From assembly GCA_963775425.1 (NCBI GenBank), contig CAVZJB010000014.1, positions 32,001 to 96,000 of the forward strand: a stretch of DNA of 64,000 nt. Direction: 5' to 3'. The stretch is from an uncultured delta proteobacterium (lineage in GTDB: Bacteria > Myxococcota > UBA727 > VGSZ01). Numbering within the stretch: the first letter of the stretch is position 1; each line of letters opens with the position of its first letter. Below the pieces are notes generated by a model. That model worked only from the letters and a program-made list of their open reading frames with translations. It searched no databases and was not told where the DNA came from. Of this stretch, positions 26,640 to 37,929 are shown one piece after another. The translations under genes and the position numbers were made by a program.

Positions 26640-28007
26640 ATGAAGCGCACCTCTCCCCTCGCCGCCCTCGCCCTCGCCCTCGCCTGCGCCGCGTGCTCGG
26701 CGCCGCCGCGGGCGCCGGCGCCGGCCGCGGCGGCCTCGTCCTCGCCGGCGCGCGCGCTCTGCCTCGCGACGCCCGGCGCCGCCGCCCCCGACGGCAGCGG
26801 CGCGGCGGAGGTGGACGGCGTGTTGAAGGAGCGCCGCGAGGCCGTGGAGAAGGACCCCGACAAGATGGCGCTGTGGGTGCTCCTCGGGCGCGCGTGGGTG
26901 GAGAAGGCGCGCAACTCGGGGGATCCCGGCTTCTACCTGCACGCGGACGCCTGCGGCCAGGAGGTGCTCGCGCAGGAGCCCGACAACGTCCTCGCGCTCG
27001 GGCTTCGCTCGCTCGCGCTGATGAACGATCACAAGTTCGAGGACGCCAAGGCGCTCGCCGGCGAGATGCTGCAGAAGGACCGCGACGACCTCACGGCGTG
27101 GGGGACGCTGTCCGACGCCGAGCTCGAGCTCGGCCACATCGACGCCGCCGAGAAGGCCGCCCAGGAGATGATGGATCGCAAGCCGTCGTTGCCGTCGTAC
27201 GCGCGCGCCTCGTACTTGAAGTGGCTGCGCGGCGACGACGACGGCGCGCTCGAGGCCATTCGGCTCGCGTACGACGCGGGCCGCGGCCAGAAGGATCATG
27301 AGCCGTCGGCGTGGGTGCTGTCCGAGGCCGCGAAGATCTTCTGGATGCGCGGCGACGTCGCCGGCGCTGAGAGGGGCTACGACATGGCGCTCGCCGAGAA
27401 GGCCGATCACCCGCAGGCGCTGGTGGGCAAGGCGCGCTGCCTCATCGCCGAGGGGAAAGCGGCGCAGGCGCTGCCGCTCCTCGAGGAGGCCTGGCAGAAG
27501 CGGCCGCTGGTGAAGACCGCGTGGTGGGTGTCCAAGGCCCACGACGTCCTCGGGCACGCCGCGGACAAGGAGCGCTGGCTGCAAAAGGCCATCGACCACG
27601 GCAAGGAGGGCGACCGCCGCACGCTCGCGCTCGTGCTCGCCACCGTGAACCGCGACATCCCGCTCGCCGAGCAGAGCGTCGCGCTCGACAACGCCCACCG
27701 CGGCGGCCCCTACGCCGACGACATCGCCGCGCTCACCGCGTGGCGCGCTGGCGACATGAAGACCGCGCTCGCCGCGAGCGCGCACGCCTTGTCGCTCGGG
27801 ACACCGGACCCGATGCTGCGTTTGCACCGCGGGGTGATCCTCGCCGCGAGCGGCGACGCGTCGGGCAAGAAGCTCGTCGCGGACGCGCTCGCCCAGGGCA
27901 TGCGCTTCGATCCGTCGGCGGTGGCGCTGGCGGGCGAGGTGGGCGTCCCGGCGCCCTCGTCGTCGCCGTCGCTGCCCGGCGCTCGCGTGGCCGGGGGTGT
28001 CCCGTGA
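26640..28007 (+). CDS. TPR-repeat lipoprotein (DUF4331-associated)
   Basis: ACAAC lipobox; KARNSGDPGFY, DAELELG, KPSLPSYARASY; helical repeats. Confidence 0.85.
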   Translation: MKRTSPLAALALALACAACSAPPRAPAPAAAASSSPARALCLATPGAAAPDGSGAAEVDGVLKERREAVEKDPDKMALWVLLGRAWVEKARNSGDPGFYLHADACGQEVLAQEPDNVLALGLRSLALMNDHKFEDAKALAGEMLQKDRDDLTAWGTLSDAELELGHIDAAEKAAQEMMDRKPSLPSYARASYLKWLRGDDDGALEAIRLAYDAGRGQKDHEPSAWVLSEAAKIFWMRGDVAGAERGYDMALAEKADHPQALVGKARCLIAEGKAAQALPLLEEAWQKRPLVKTAWWVSKAHDVLGHAADKERWLQKAIDHGKEGDRRTLALVLATVNRDIPLAEQSVALDNAHRGGPYADDIAALTAWRAGDMKTALAASAHALSLGTPDPMLRLHRGVILAASGDASGKKLVADALAQGMRFDPSAVALAGEVGVPAPSSSPSLPGARVAGGVP

Positions 28008-29053
28008 TCGGCGCCGTCGTCGCGGTCGCGCTCGCGTGGTCCGCGCCGGCGCACCAGGTGGGGCTGTCGCGCGGGCTGTACACAGTCTCCGACGACGGCG
28101 TGGACCTCGAGCTCACGCTGGCGCGCGGCGAGGCGGCGCGCACGGTCAAGGGGCTCGACGTCGACAACAGCGGCACGGTGGAGGATCGCGAGCTGAACGC
28201 GGCCGCGGCCTACTTCGCCACCGACGTCGTCGATCAGGTCGTCGTCACGAGCGAGGGCAAGCGCTGTCCGGGGCGCTTCGTGGGCGCCAACCTCACGGAG
28301 GAGGACGGTCTCGCGGTGCGCGCCCACTACGCCTGCGAGCGCACCGGCAAGATCACCGTCGACTTCCAGCTCGTGCACAGGCTCTCCACGGGCCACCGCC
28401 ACCTCGCCCACGTCGTCACCACCGGCGGCGAAGAGGACTTCGTGGCGTTCACGGGCTCGACGCAATTCACCTTCGGGCAGGACGCGCCGCCGCCGTCGCG
28501 CCTGGAGTTCTTGAAGCTCGGTGTGGAGCACATCCTCACGGGCTTCGATCACCTGGTGTTCCTGTTCGGCCTCATCCTCATCGGCGGCCGGCTGCGCTCG
28601 CTCCTCGGCGTCATCACGGCGTTCACGCTGGCGCACTCGGTGACGCTCGGGCTCGCCGTCATGGGCGTGTTCGCGCCGCCGCCGCAGGTGGTGGAGCCGC
28701 TCATCGCGGCCTCCATCGCCTACGTCGGCGTCGAAAACTTCTTCGTGAAGAACGCCGAGGGGCGCTGGCGCATCACGGCGCCCTTCGGCCTCGTGCACGG
28801 CTTCGGCTTCGCGGGCGCGCTCGCCGAGGTGGGCGTGCCCAAGAGCGACGTGCCGCTCACGCTCTTCCTGTTCAACGCCGGCGTGGAGTGCGGCCAGCTC
28901 ATGGTGCTCGCCGTGGTGCTCCCGCTCCTGTGGCTCGCGCGCAAGAAGGGCATGCTCGGCGAGCGCACGGTGAAGGGCCTGAGCGTCGTCGTCATCCTGC
29001 TCGGCACGTTCTGGCTCGTGCAGCGGGTGCTGACGGCGCTCGGCGTGCTCTGA
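28004..29053 (+). CDS. HupE/UreJ_2 family membrane protein
   Basis: PAH mature start, LGVEHILTGFDHLVFL, TAFTLAHSVTL, FGLVHGFGFA, FNAGVECGQL; GTGA overlap with the TPR gene. Confidence 0.92.
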   Translation: MIGAVVAVALAWSAPAHQVGLSRGLYTVSDDGVDLELTLARGEAARTVKGLDVDNSGTVEDRELNAAAAYFATDVVDQVVVTSEGKRCPGRFVGANLTEEDGLAVRAHYACERTGKITVDFQLVHRLSTGHRHLAHVVTTGGEEDFVAFTGSTQFTFGQDAPPPSRLEFLKLGVEHILTGFDHLVFLFGLILIGGRLRSLLGVITAFTLAHSVTLGLAVMGVFAPPPQVVEPLIAASIAYVGVENFFVKNAEGRWRITAPFGLVHGFGFAGALAEVGVPKSDVPLTLFLFNAGVECGQLMVLAVVLPLLWLARKKGMLGERTVKGLSVVVILLGTFWLVQRVLTALGVL

Positions 29054-29064
29054 GAGCGGGCGCT

Positions 29065-30042
29065 TCAGGGCAGGGCGCTGCAGCGCATGCCGCAGACGCC
29101 TTGCGCTTTGCCCGGGTCCTTGGCGCAGCCGCCGAGCGCGCAGTCGAAGTCGACGCTGCACGGCTCGCCCGCGTTGTTGAGAGCGGTGCAGGTGCCGTTG
29201 GCGCAGCGCGCGCCGTCGACGCAGCCGCCGCGCGTGCAGGGCTTGCCGGCGGCGATGCGGCCGGCGGCGCACTTGCCGGCGTCGCAGCGGTTGCCGTCGC
29301 CGCACTCGATGTTGGCCTGACAGGCGTCGCCCGCGTTCTTGGGCGCGCGGCAGACACCGAGCTCGCAGGTGCTCCGGTCGCAGGACGGGTGCTCGCGATC
29401 GATGTCGACCTGGGGCATGACGATGGAGAGCGCGTCGACCGCGCCGCCGCAGCGGCCGCCGGCGGCGGCGGGCTTGCCGCAGCGCCCCGTGTCGAGGGGG
29501 GAGACGCCGAGGCAGCGCAGGCCGTCCTTGCACTCGAGGCTCGAGCGGCACACGGCGCCGCCGTCGAGGGAGCCGCGCAACAGCCCGCTGCACTCGGGCG
29601 GCGTTCGCGGCGGGATGGGGCCCACCCAGGCGCAGCCCTCGGTCTGCCTGGCGCGCGCGTCGGCGCAGCTCTTCGCCTTCGCCTCGTCGAGGGTGACGGC
29701 CTTGCCGGCGAGGGCCGCGCTCAGCACGCCCGCGCAGGTCCGCGCGAGCGGGCTCGGTCCGGGCTTGTCCTTGCAGCACGCGGCCTTCCTCTCGGCGGGC
29801 GCGGTGTACAGGGCGTCGCACAGGGCGACGGCGGCCGGCGTCGGCGGCGTGTTGGCGTCGTAGACGGGCTGGATGTCCTCGTGGGCGCTGGCGTCGTCCG
29901 CGGTGCCGGGCGCGCCCGCGTCGACGGTCGCCGCCCGGGGCGGGCCGCCGGCGTCGGCCGCCTGGGACGCGCCGCCCTTCTTCGGACAACCCGCGATCGC
30001 AGTGACGACGACGACGACGGCGACGAGGGCGGTGCGCTTCAT
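29065..30042 (-). CDS. Cys-rich lipoprotein
   Basis: IAGC lipobox; repeated GxxCxxxxxCxxGxxC motifs. Confidence 0.8.
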   Translation of the reverse strand: MKRTALVAVVVVVTAIAGCPKKGGASQAADAGGPPRAATVDAGAPGTADDASAHEDIQPVYDANTPPTPAAVALCDALYTAPAERKAACCKDKPGPSPLARTCAGVLSAALAGKAVTLDEAKAKSCADARARQTEGCAWVGPIPPRTPPECSGLLRGSLDGGAVCRSSLECKDGLRCLGVSPLDTGRCGKPAAAGGRCGGAVDALSIVMPQVDIDREHPSCDRSTCELGVCRAPKNAGDACQANIECGDGNRCDAGKCAAGRIAAGKPCTRGGCVDGARCANGTCTALNNAGEPCSVDFDCALGGCAKDPGKAQGVCGMRCSALP

Positions 30043-30584
30043 CCGCGCTCGATAGGTTGGCCGGCCGGCGCGAGCAAGCCCGGAAGCGCCGCCAGCGGCT
30101 GGCGCGCGAGCGCGCGGGCGGCGTCGGCGAGCGGCGAAGGCACCGGCAGCCCCGCGTTGCCGAGGGCCTCGAGCGCGGGGACGGCCGCGAAGGCGCGCTC
30201 GAAGAGGCGCGGGTGGGGCACGGCGGGACCCGCGCCCTGCGGCGCGTCTCCGTCGACGAGCGGCGCGTCGACGCTCCACAGCACGTCGAGGTCCAGCGTG
30301 CGCGACGCGTTGGCCATCGCCCGCACGCGGCCGCACGCGGCTTCGATCGCGTGAAGCGCCTGCAGCAGCGCCGCCGCCGGCAGCGCCGTGTCGACGACGA
30401 CGGCGGCGTTGACGAAGCGCGCCGCGGTGGCGCCGCCCGCGGCCGGGCTCTCGTACAGCCGGCTCGCCGCCACGACGCTCAGCATCGGGTGCGCCCCGAG
30501 GCGCGCGGCCCCCTCGCGCACCCGCGAGGCCGCGTGGTGATCGGAAGAGCCGAGGCCGACGACGAAGCGCACGCGCGGCAGCAT
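30039..30584 (-). CDS. folK: 2-amino-4-hydroxy-6-hydroxymethyldihydropteridine diphosphokinase
   Basis: VVGLGS, SRLYES, FVNAAV, IEAACGR, RTLDLDVL, PHPRLFERAF. Confidence 0.9.
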   Translation of the reverse strand: MLPRVRFVVGLGSSDHHAASRVREGAARLGAHPMLSVVAASRLYESPAAGGATAARFVNAAVVVDTALPAAALLQALHAIEAACGRVRAMANASRTLDLDVLWSVDAPLVDGDAPQGAGPAVPHPRLFERAFAAVPALEALGNAGLPVPSPLADAARALARQPLAALPGLLAPAGQPIERG

Positions 30585-30620
30585 CGCGTCACCTGCCGCG
30601 GGCGGCAACGCGATCCGTAC

Positions 30621-31067
30621 TCAGCTCACCTTCTGGGCTTCGGCGAGCGCGGCGGCGTCGACGCGCTCGTTCTCCGGGTGGCCGGCGTGGCCGCGCACCC
30701 ACTCCCAGGTGACCTCGTGCTTGCCCGCCTCGGCGATGAGCGCCTCCCAGAGGGGACGGTTTTCGACGGGCTTGCCCGCGCTGTTCCGCCAGCCCTTCTT
30801 CACCCAGTTGTGGCGCCACTCCTTCATGCCCTTCACGACGTAGTTGCTGTCGGTGACGATGTGCACCCGGCAACGGCGCTTGAGCGCGGCGAGGCCGCCG
30901 ATGGCGGCTTGGAGCTCCATGCGGTTGTTCGTCGTCGCCGGGGCGCCGCCGGTGACCAGCTTCTCTTTGCGCGCGCCGTCCTTGTCGACGACGAGCAGCG
31001 CCGCCCAGCCGCCGGGCCCCGGGTTCCCGAGGCAACTGCCGTCGCAAAACAAGCTCACGCGCTCCAC
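30621..31067 (-). CDS. rnhA: Ribonuclease HI
   Basis: DGSCLGNPGPGGW, TTNNRMEL, TDSNYV, WVRGHAGHPENERVD. Confidence 0.98.
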   Translation of the reverse strand: MERVSLFCDGSCLGNPGPGGWAALLVVDKDGARKEKLVTGGAPATTNNRMELQAAIGGLAALKRRCRVHIVTDSNYVVKGMKEWRHNWVKKGWRNSAGKPVENRPLWEALIAEAGKHEVTWEWVRGHAGHPENERVDAAALAEAQKVS

Positions 31068-31074
31068 GCGCCGC

Positions 31075-32442
31075 CTACTCCAGGTACTGCAGGAACAGGA
31101 GCGCCGTGGACATGTAGATGAGGATGCCGGTGATGTCGTTGGCGGTGGTGACGAACGGCCCCGACGCGATGGCGGGATCCACGCCGAGCCGCTTCATCGC
31201 CGCCGGCGCCAACGTCCCCATCGACGCCGCCGCCGTCATGGCCGCGACCATGGCCACGAAGACCACGAGGCCGAGCATGAACTTGCCGTGGGCGAAGAAC
31301 AGGATGCTCACGACGCCCACCACCGCGCCGCACACCACGCCCATCAACATGCCCACGCGGAATTCGCGAAAGAGGATGGAGCTGAGCTCGGCGACGTTGA
31401 CGCGGCCGGTGGCGAGGCCACGGGTCAGGATGGTGGCGGACTGCGTCCCGACGTTTCCGCCCATGGCGGTGATGACGGGGACGAACGCCGCGAGGATGAC
31501 CGCCTGCTTGAGCACGGGCTGGTACCAGAACAGGAGCGTGGCCGACACGAGCGAGCCGAACAGCGTGGTGACGAGCCACGGCAGGCGCACGCGGGCGATG
31601 GGCAGCACCCGGTCGCGGTAGAGCAGCTCCTCCGCCGAGGTACCGGCCTGCTTGAGGGCGTCCTCCTCGGCCTCCTCGGCGACGACGTGCATGATGTCGT
31701 CGTGGAGGATGCGGCCGAGCATGCGGCCATCGCGGTCGACCACGGGCAACGACACCGCCGAGTACTTCTTGAAGATGCCCGCCACGCGCTCCTGGTCGAC
31801 GTCCGGAGTCACCTTGGCGATCGGCGGCTCCATGATCTCCGACATCTTCTTGTCGGGCTTGTTGAGCAAGAGCAGCGTGAGCTCGACGTAGCCGACGAGG
31901 TGGTCCTCGTCGTCGACGACCCAGACGCCGTGCACGGGGATGTCGTCGTCGACGAGGGCGCGCACGCGGGCGATGGCGTCGTCGATGGTGGCGCTCTTTT
32001 TCACCTGAGCGCGCTCGACCTGCATCAGGCCGCCGGCGGTGTCCGGCGCGAACTGCAGCAGCTCCTCGACCTGCGCGCGCTCCTCCGGCTGGAGGCTCTG
32101 CAACGCCTCGCGCTGCTCTTGCGGCTCGAGCTCCTCGATGACGTCGGCGGCGTCGTCGGTCTCGAGGTTCTGGACGAGCTTGGCGATCTCGCTCTTGTCG
32201 AGCAGGCCGAGCAGCGCGGCGCGCTCGCTCTCCTCGAAGAGCGCGACGGCCTCCGCGCGGTTGGCGTCGTCGGGGACCAGGCGCAACAGGCGCGGCCACT
32301 CCTTCACCTCGACGACGCGCAGGCTCTCCACGATGTCCGCGGGGTGTGGCAGCAGGCGCAGGAACGTCGAGGCGGTGGCGTCGTCGCCACGCAAGACGGC
32401 CTCGAGGTCGTCGTTGTGTTCCAGGTCCGGACTCGTACCCAC
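31075..32442 (-). CDS. mgtE: Magnesium transporter MgtE
   Basis: HPADI, DDAADV, DTAGGLM, CBS pair, RLPWL, MGGNVGTQS, DPAIASGPFVTTAND. Confidence 0.97.
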   Translation of the reverse strand: MGTSPDLEHNDDLEAVLRGDDATASTFLRLLPHPADIVESLRVVEVKEWPRLLRLVPDDANRAEAVALFEESERAALLGLLDKSEIAKLVQNLETDDAADVIEELEPQEQREALQSLQPEERAQVEELLQFAPDTAGGLMQVERAQVKKSATIDDAIARVRALVDDDIPVHGVWVVDDEDHLVGYVELTLLLLNKPDKKMSEIMEPPIAKVTPDVDQERVAGIFKKYSAVSLPVVDRDGRMLGRILHDDIMHVVAEEAEEDALKQAGTSAEELLYRDRVLPIARVRLPWLVTTLFGSLVSATLLFWYQPVLKQAVILAAFVPVITAMGGNVGTQSATILTRGLATGRVNVAELSSILFREFRVGMLMGVVCGAVVGVVSILFFAHGKFMLGLVVFVAMVAAMTAAASMGTLAPAAMKRLGVDPAIASGPFVTTANDITGILIYMSTALLFLQYLE

Positions 32443-32578
32443 GACGGATCGACATTACGCCTCCACCTCGCCCGGGCAAGGCATAAGCGCCGGCCGTCCC
32501 TCTGCGAGACGACCCTCCGCGCGCGGCGCGGTGAGCGGCGGCGTTGGCACCCGCGTCTTCGCCGGCTACACATCCGGC

Positions 32579-35017
32579 ATGAGGCGCGTCGCCGATCCGC
32601 ACCCCGCCGTGGCGAGCCCATGTCTACGCACGGCCTTGCCCGGGCGCGCGCTCTTCGCTCTCGCCGTCGCCCTCACGCTCGGTGGGGCTTGCACGCCACG
32701 GACCGTGGCGCAGTCCATGGGCGGCGTGGACGTCTCCGTCGACGCCGACGCCGGCCGCATCGTGCTGTCGCGCGGGGGCCGCACGCTCCTCGACGTCGGT
32801 GCGAGCGACGTGGGCGGCCGGCGGGTGGACGCCACCTTCGAGATGCAATTCGGCATGTTCGACATCGAAGAGTCCGGGGCTCCCTTCGCGTTCGCAGACA
32901 AGATGCGCATCGACGCCGTCACCGACAGCCGCGTCGACCTCACCTTCGAGGACGCCGGCGGCGCCGCGTTCGCGCAGGGCACCCTCACGCCCCTGACCGG
33001 CGGCGTGCAGCTCGCGGTGACCCTCGCGGGGGGCCTCGACGACGCCGTCGTCGCGAGCACCTGCGCGTTCCACCACGCCATCGGGCTCGGCGCCCAGACC
33101 CACGACGTGGACCACGTCGGCCAGCGCGTGCCGCTGTGGGTGAGCGAGCAGGGCATCGGCACCACCGACACCGACGAGCTCCCCGCCGTGTGGCAGGTGG
33201 TCGGCCGCCGCCACACGAGCTACGCGCCCATGCCCGCGTTCGTCGCCGACAACGCCGCCGCCTACGTCGTCGACACGCCGGCGTTTTCGCGCCTCGATCT
33301 GTGCGCCACCGATCCCGGCAAGGCCTCGTTCGAGGCGTGGCAGCCGCGCCTCGCCCTCGACGTCTACGCCGGCGATACGCCGCGGCAGGCACAGGCGTCG
33401 ATGGTCGACGCCCTGGGACGTCCGCCGCTGCCGCCGCCGTGGACCTTCGCGCCGTGGAACGACGCCATCTTCGGCTCCGACAACGTGCGCGCCGTCGCTC
33501 GCCGCATCCGCGCGCTCGGGCTGCCCTCGAGCGTCATCTGGACCGAGGACTGGCGCGGCGGCGCCGACGTCGGCGGCGGCGCGTACCGCCTCGACGAGGA
33601 CTGGGGGCCGGACCCCGTCCTGTACCCCGACTTCGCGGACATGGTGCGCGACGTGAACGGGCTCGGCTTTCAACAGATGGTCTACTTCAACAGCTTCGTC
33701 GTCCAGGGCGCCGACGTGTTCGACGAAGTGACGTCACGCGGCCTCGGCATCGGCGCGCCTTTGTTTTCGGGGCCGGACAAGGACTTCTCGCCCACCACGC
33801 TCGTCGACCTCACCAACCCCGACGCCCGCGCCTTCGTGAAGCAGCACTTCGCCGACGCCTTCGCGCTCGGCGTGCGCGGCTGGATGGCCGACTACGGCGA
33901 GTGGCTCCCGGTCGACGACGACACGCTCTTCGACGGCGAAGACCCGCACCTCGTGCACAACCGCTTCCCGGTGCTGTGGCAGCAGGTGAACCGCGAAGCG
34001 CAGCAGGAGGCGGGGCTGCTCGACGACAGCGTGGTGTTCGTCCGCTCCGCGCACCTCGGATCGCAGCCGCTGGTGCAGGTGATCTGGGCGGGCGACCAGC
34101 GCACGAGCTTCGACGCCGACGACGGCCTGCCCACGGTCCTGCCCATCGGCATCGGCCTGTCCACGGTGGGCTTCCCGTTCTTCGCCCACGACGTCGCCGG
34201 CTACCAGAGCGCCACCAACCCGCCCGGCGACAAGGAGCTGTTCCTGCGCTGGACCGAGCTCGGCGCGCTCTCGCCCGTCATGCGCACCCACCACGGGACC
34301 AACGTCACGCAGAACGTCAACATCTTCACCGACGACGACACCGTCGCCCACTGGAGGCGCTACGCGTCTTTGCACGTCCGCCTCTACCCGTACCTGCGCG
34401 CGTTGGCCCGGGCGGCCTGTGGCAAGGGGGGCGCGCCCCTGTGGACGCCGCTGCCGCTCGCGTATCCCGCCGACGACGCCGTGTGGGGCCTGAAGGACGA
34501 GGTGATGCTCGGGCCCGCGCTGCTGGTCGCGCCCGTGCTCACCGAGGGCGCCGTGTCGCGGCCCGTGGTGTTCCCGAGCGCGCGCTTCGCCCCCGTCGCC
34601 GTCGCCGTCGACGGCGCGCTCACCGCGCCCGCGGGTGACGGCGCCGCCGTGGTGGGACCGGCCACCGTCGACGTGGACGCGCCCGTCGCGGACATCCCGC
34701 TGTTCGTCGCCGCCGGCGGCATCGTCCCGATGACCGCCAACGTCGCGGACACGTTGTTGCCCGGCGGCCGCGGGCTCGCGGGCCTCGAGACCACGGAGGG
34801 CGATCGCGTCGTCGTCGTCGGCCTCGGCGCCGACGGCACGTTCACCGAGGACAGCGGCGCGTCGTACGCGCTCAGCGGTACCGGGACAGACGCTTCGTCG
34901 GCCGGCCCCGGCGGCGTCGTCGATGTCACCGGCGACGGCGTCGTCGACGGCGACGGCTTCACGCTCACGCTGTCGGGGCAGCCGGCGGCGCGCGTGACGC
35001 ACGTCGTATTCAGGTGA
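32579..35017 (+). CDS. GH31 glycoside hydrolase (YihQ-like), probable lipoprotein
   Basis: Nucleophile motif GWMADYGEWLP, acid/base motif WAGDQ, HDVAGY, ELFLRWTELGALSPVMRTH; LGGAC lipobox. Confidence 0.92.
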   Translation: MRRVADPHPAVASPCLRTALPGRALFALAVALTLGGACTPRTVAQSMGGVDVSVDADAGRIVLSRGGRTLLDVGASDVGGRRVDATFEMQFGMFDIEESGAPFAFADKMRIDAVTDSRVDLTFEDAGGAAFAQGTLTPLTGGVQLAVTLAGGLDDAVVASTCAFHHAIGLGAQTHDVDHVGQRVPLWVSEQGIGTTDTDELPAVWQVVGRRHTSYAPMPAFVADNAAAYVVDTPAFSRLDLCATDPGKASFEAWQPRLALDVYAGDTPRQAQASMVDALGRPPLPPPWTFAPWNDAIFGSDNVRAVARRIRALGLPSSVIWTEDWRGGADVGGGAYRLDEDWGPDPVLYPDFADMVRDVNGLGFQQMVYFNSFVVQGADVFDEVTSRGLGIGAPLFSGPDKDFSPTTLVDLTNPDARAFVKQHFADAFALGVRGWMADYGEWLPVDDDTLFDGEDPHLVHNRFPVLWQQVNREAQQEAGLLDDSVVFVRSAHLGSQPLVQVIWAGDQRTSFDADDGLPTVLPIGIGLSTVGFPFFAHDVAGYQSATNPPGDKELFLRWTELGALSPVMRTHHGTNVTQNVNIFTDDDTVAHWRRYASLHVRLYPYLRALARAACGKGGAPLWTPLPLAYPADDAVWGLKDEVMLGPALLVAPVLTEGAVSRPVVFPSARFAPVAVAVDGALTAPAGDGAAVVGPATVDVDAPVADIPLFVAAGGIVPMTANVADTLLPGGRGLAGLETTEGDRVVVVGLGADGTFTEDSGASYALSGTGTDASSAGPGGVVDVTGDGVVDGDGFTLTLSGQPAARVTHVVFR

Positions 35018-35036
35018 GCCGCGCGACGAGCGCCCC

Positions 35037-35924
35037 GTGAGCGGCGCTCCGTTCGCGGGCGAGCACGTCGGGCACCTCGCGGCGCTGGCGTGCGCCTCGA
35101 TGTGGGCGCTGTCGACGGTGCTGTTCGGCGCGGCCGCGCGCACCGTCGACCCGCGCGCGCTGAACCTCTTGAAGTGCGCGCTGGCGGCCCCGCTCCTCGG
35201 CGTCACCGCGCTGCTCCTCGGAGACCTGCCGGCGTTTTCGGCGCGGGACTCGGCGGCGCTGGCGGTGTCGGCGCTGTTCGGCATCGTCGTGGCCGACACC
35301 GCGTACTTCGTGGCGCTCAAGGAGCTCGGCGCGGCCCGCGGCGTTCTCTTCGTGGCGCTCATCCCCGTATGCACGTCGCTGTTGGCGCTGCCCGTGCTCG
35401 GCGAAGCGCTCGAGCCGCGGATGGTGGCGGGGATGATCGTGACGCTCTCGGGCGTGGTGGTGGTGGTGCGCGGCCGCGCGCGGGGCGCCGGCAGGGGGCG
35501 CATCGGGGTGGGCGTCGTCGCCGGCGTCGTCTACTGCACGGCGCAGGCGGCGGCGAACGTCCTGCAGAAGGGTGTGGACCCGGCGCTGTCGCCGCTGTCG
35601 CTGTCGTTCTTCCGCTTGAGCATCGGCGCGGCGGTCATCGCGCTCTCGCTCGTCGTCACCGTGCGCGGCCGCAGGGACATCGCGGCGCTGCGGCCCGTGC
35701 TCGCGCGCGGCTCCCTCGGGACCCTCGCGGGCGCGTACGCGGGGCTCTTGCTCGGGACCTACGCCATCCGCACGGTGCCGACGGGCGTGGCGACCACGCT
35801 CATCGCGACCACGCCCCTGTTCGCCCTGGTCGCCGCGCGCGTCGTCGACAAGGAGACCCCGAGCGCCCGCACGCTCGCCGGCGCGCTCCTGGCCCTCGCC
35901 GGCGTCGCGCTCTTGATGCTCTGA
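35037..35924 (+). CDS. DMT/EamA family transporter
   Basis: About 10 TM helices in two repeats; SALFGIVVADTAYF, LIATTPLFAL. Confidence 0.9.
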   Translation: MSGAPFAGEHVGHLAALACASMWALSTVLFGAAARTVDPRALNLLKCALAAPLLGVTALLLGDLPAFSARDSAALAVSALFGIVVADTAYFVALKELGAARGVLFVALIPVCTSLLALPVLGEALEPRMVAGMIVTLSGVVVVVRGRARGAGRGRIGVGVVAGVVYCTAQAAANVLQKGVDPALSPLSLSFFRLSIGAAVIALSLVVTVRGRRDIAALRPVLARGSLGTLAGAYAGLLLGTYAIRTVPTGVATTLIATTPLFALVAARVVDKETPSARTLAGALLALAGVALLML

Positions 35925-35944
35925 CGGGCTTCAATCGAGGGGGA

Positions 35945-35989
35945 CGGAGGGAGCGGCCGCGCTGATGAGCGACCGGAGGGAGCGGCCGC
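35945..35989 (+). repeat. Direct repeat CGGAGGGAGCGGCCGC x2; third copy at 39121-39136
   Basis: Copies at 35945-35960 and 35974-35989; 22-bp identity between 35968-35989 and 39115-39136. Confidence 0.8.
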
Positions 35990-36104
35990 CCGGCGTGTAG
36001 GCGGATGTCGGCGAGGCCGTCATGCCATTCGCCGTCATGAACCCGGCCGCCCGGGAACGCGAGTAGTGCAGGAACGCGCGCTTCGTTAGAGCATCGGACA
36101 TCCG

Positions 36105-37892
<1,788 letters not shown>

Positions 37893-37929
37893 CGACGGTC
37901 GCCGACGCGGGCGGCGAGCGCCTTGCGGC

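Noticed and set aside
30844-34638. 1264-aa plus-strand ORF and many similar long Arg/Ala/Pro-rich ORFs (e.g. 7959..10679, 12204..14765, 16082..18730, 21431..23761)
   Set aside because: These are shadow ORFs, antisense or off-frame to recognisable genes, as expected from stop-codon scarcity in high-GC DNA.
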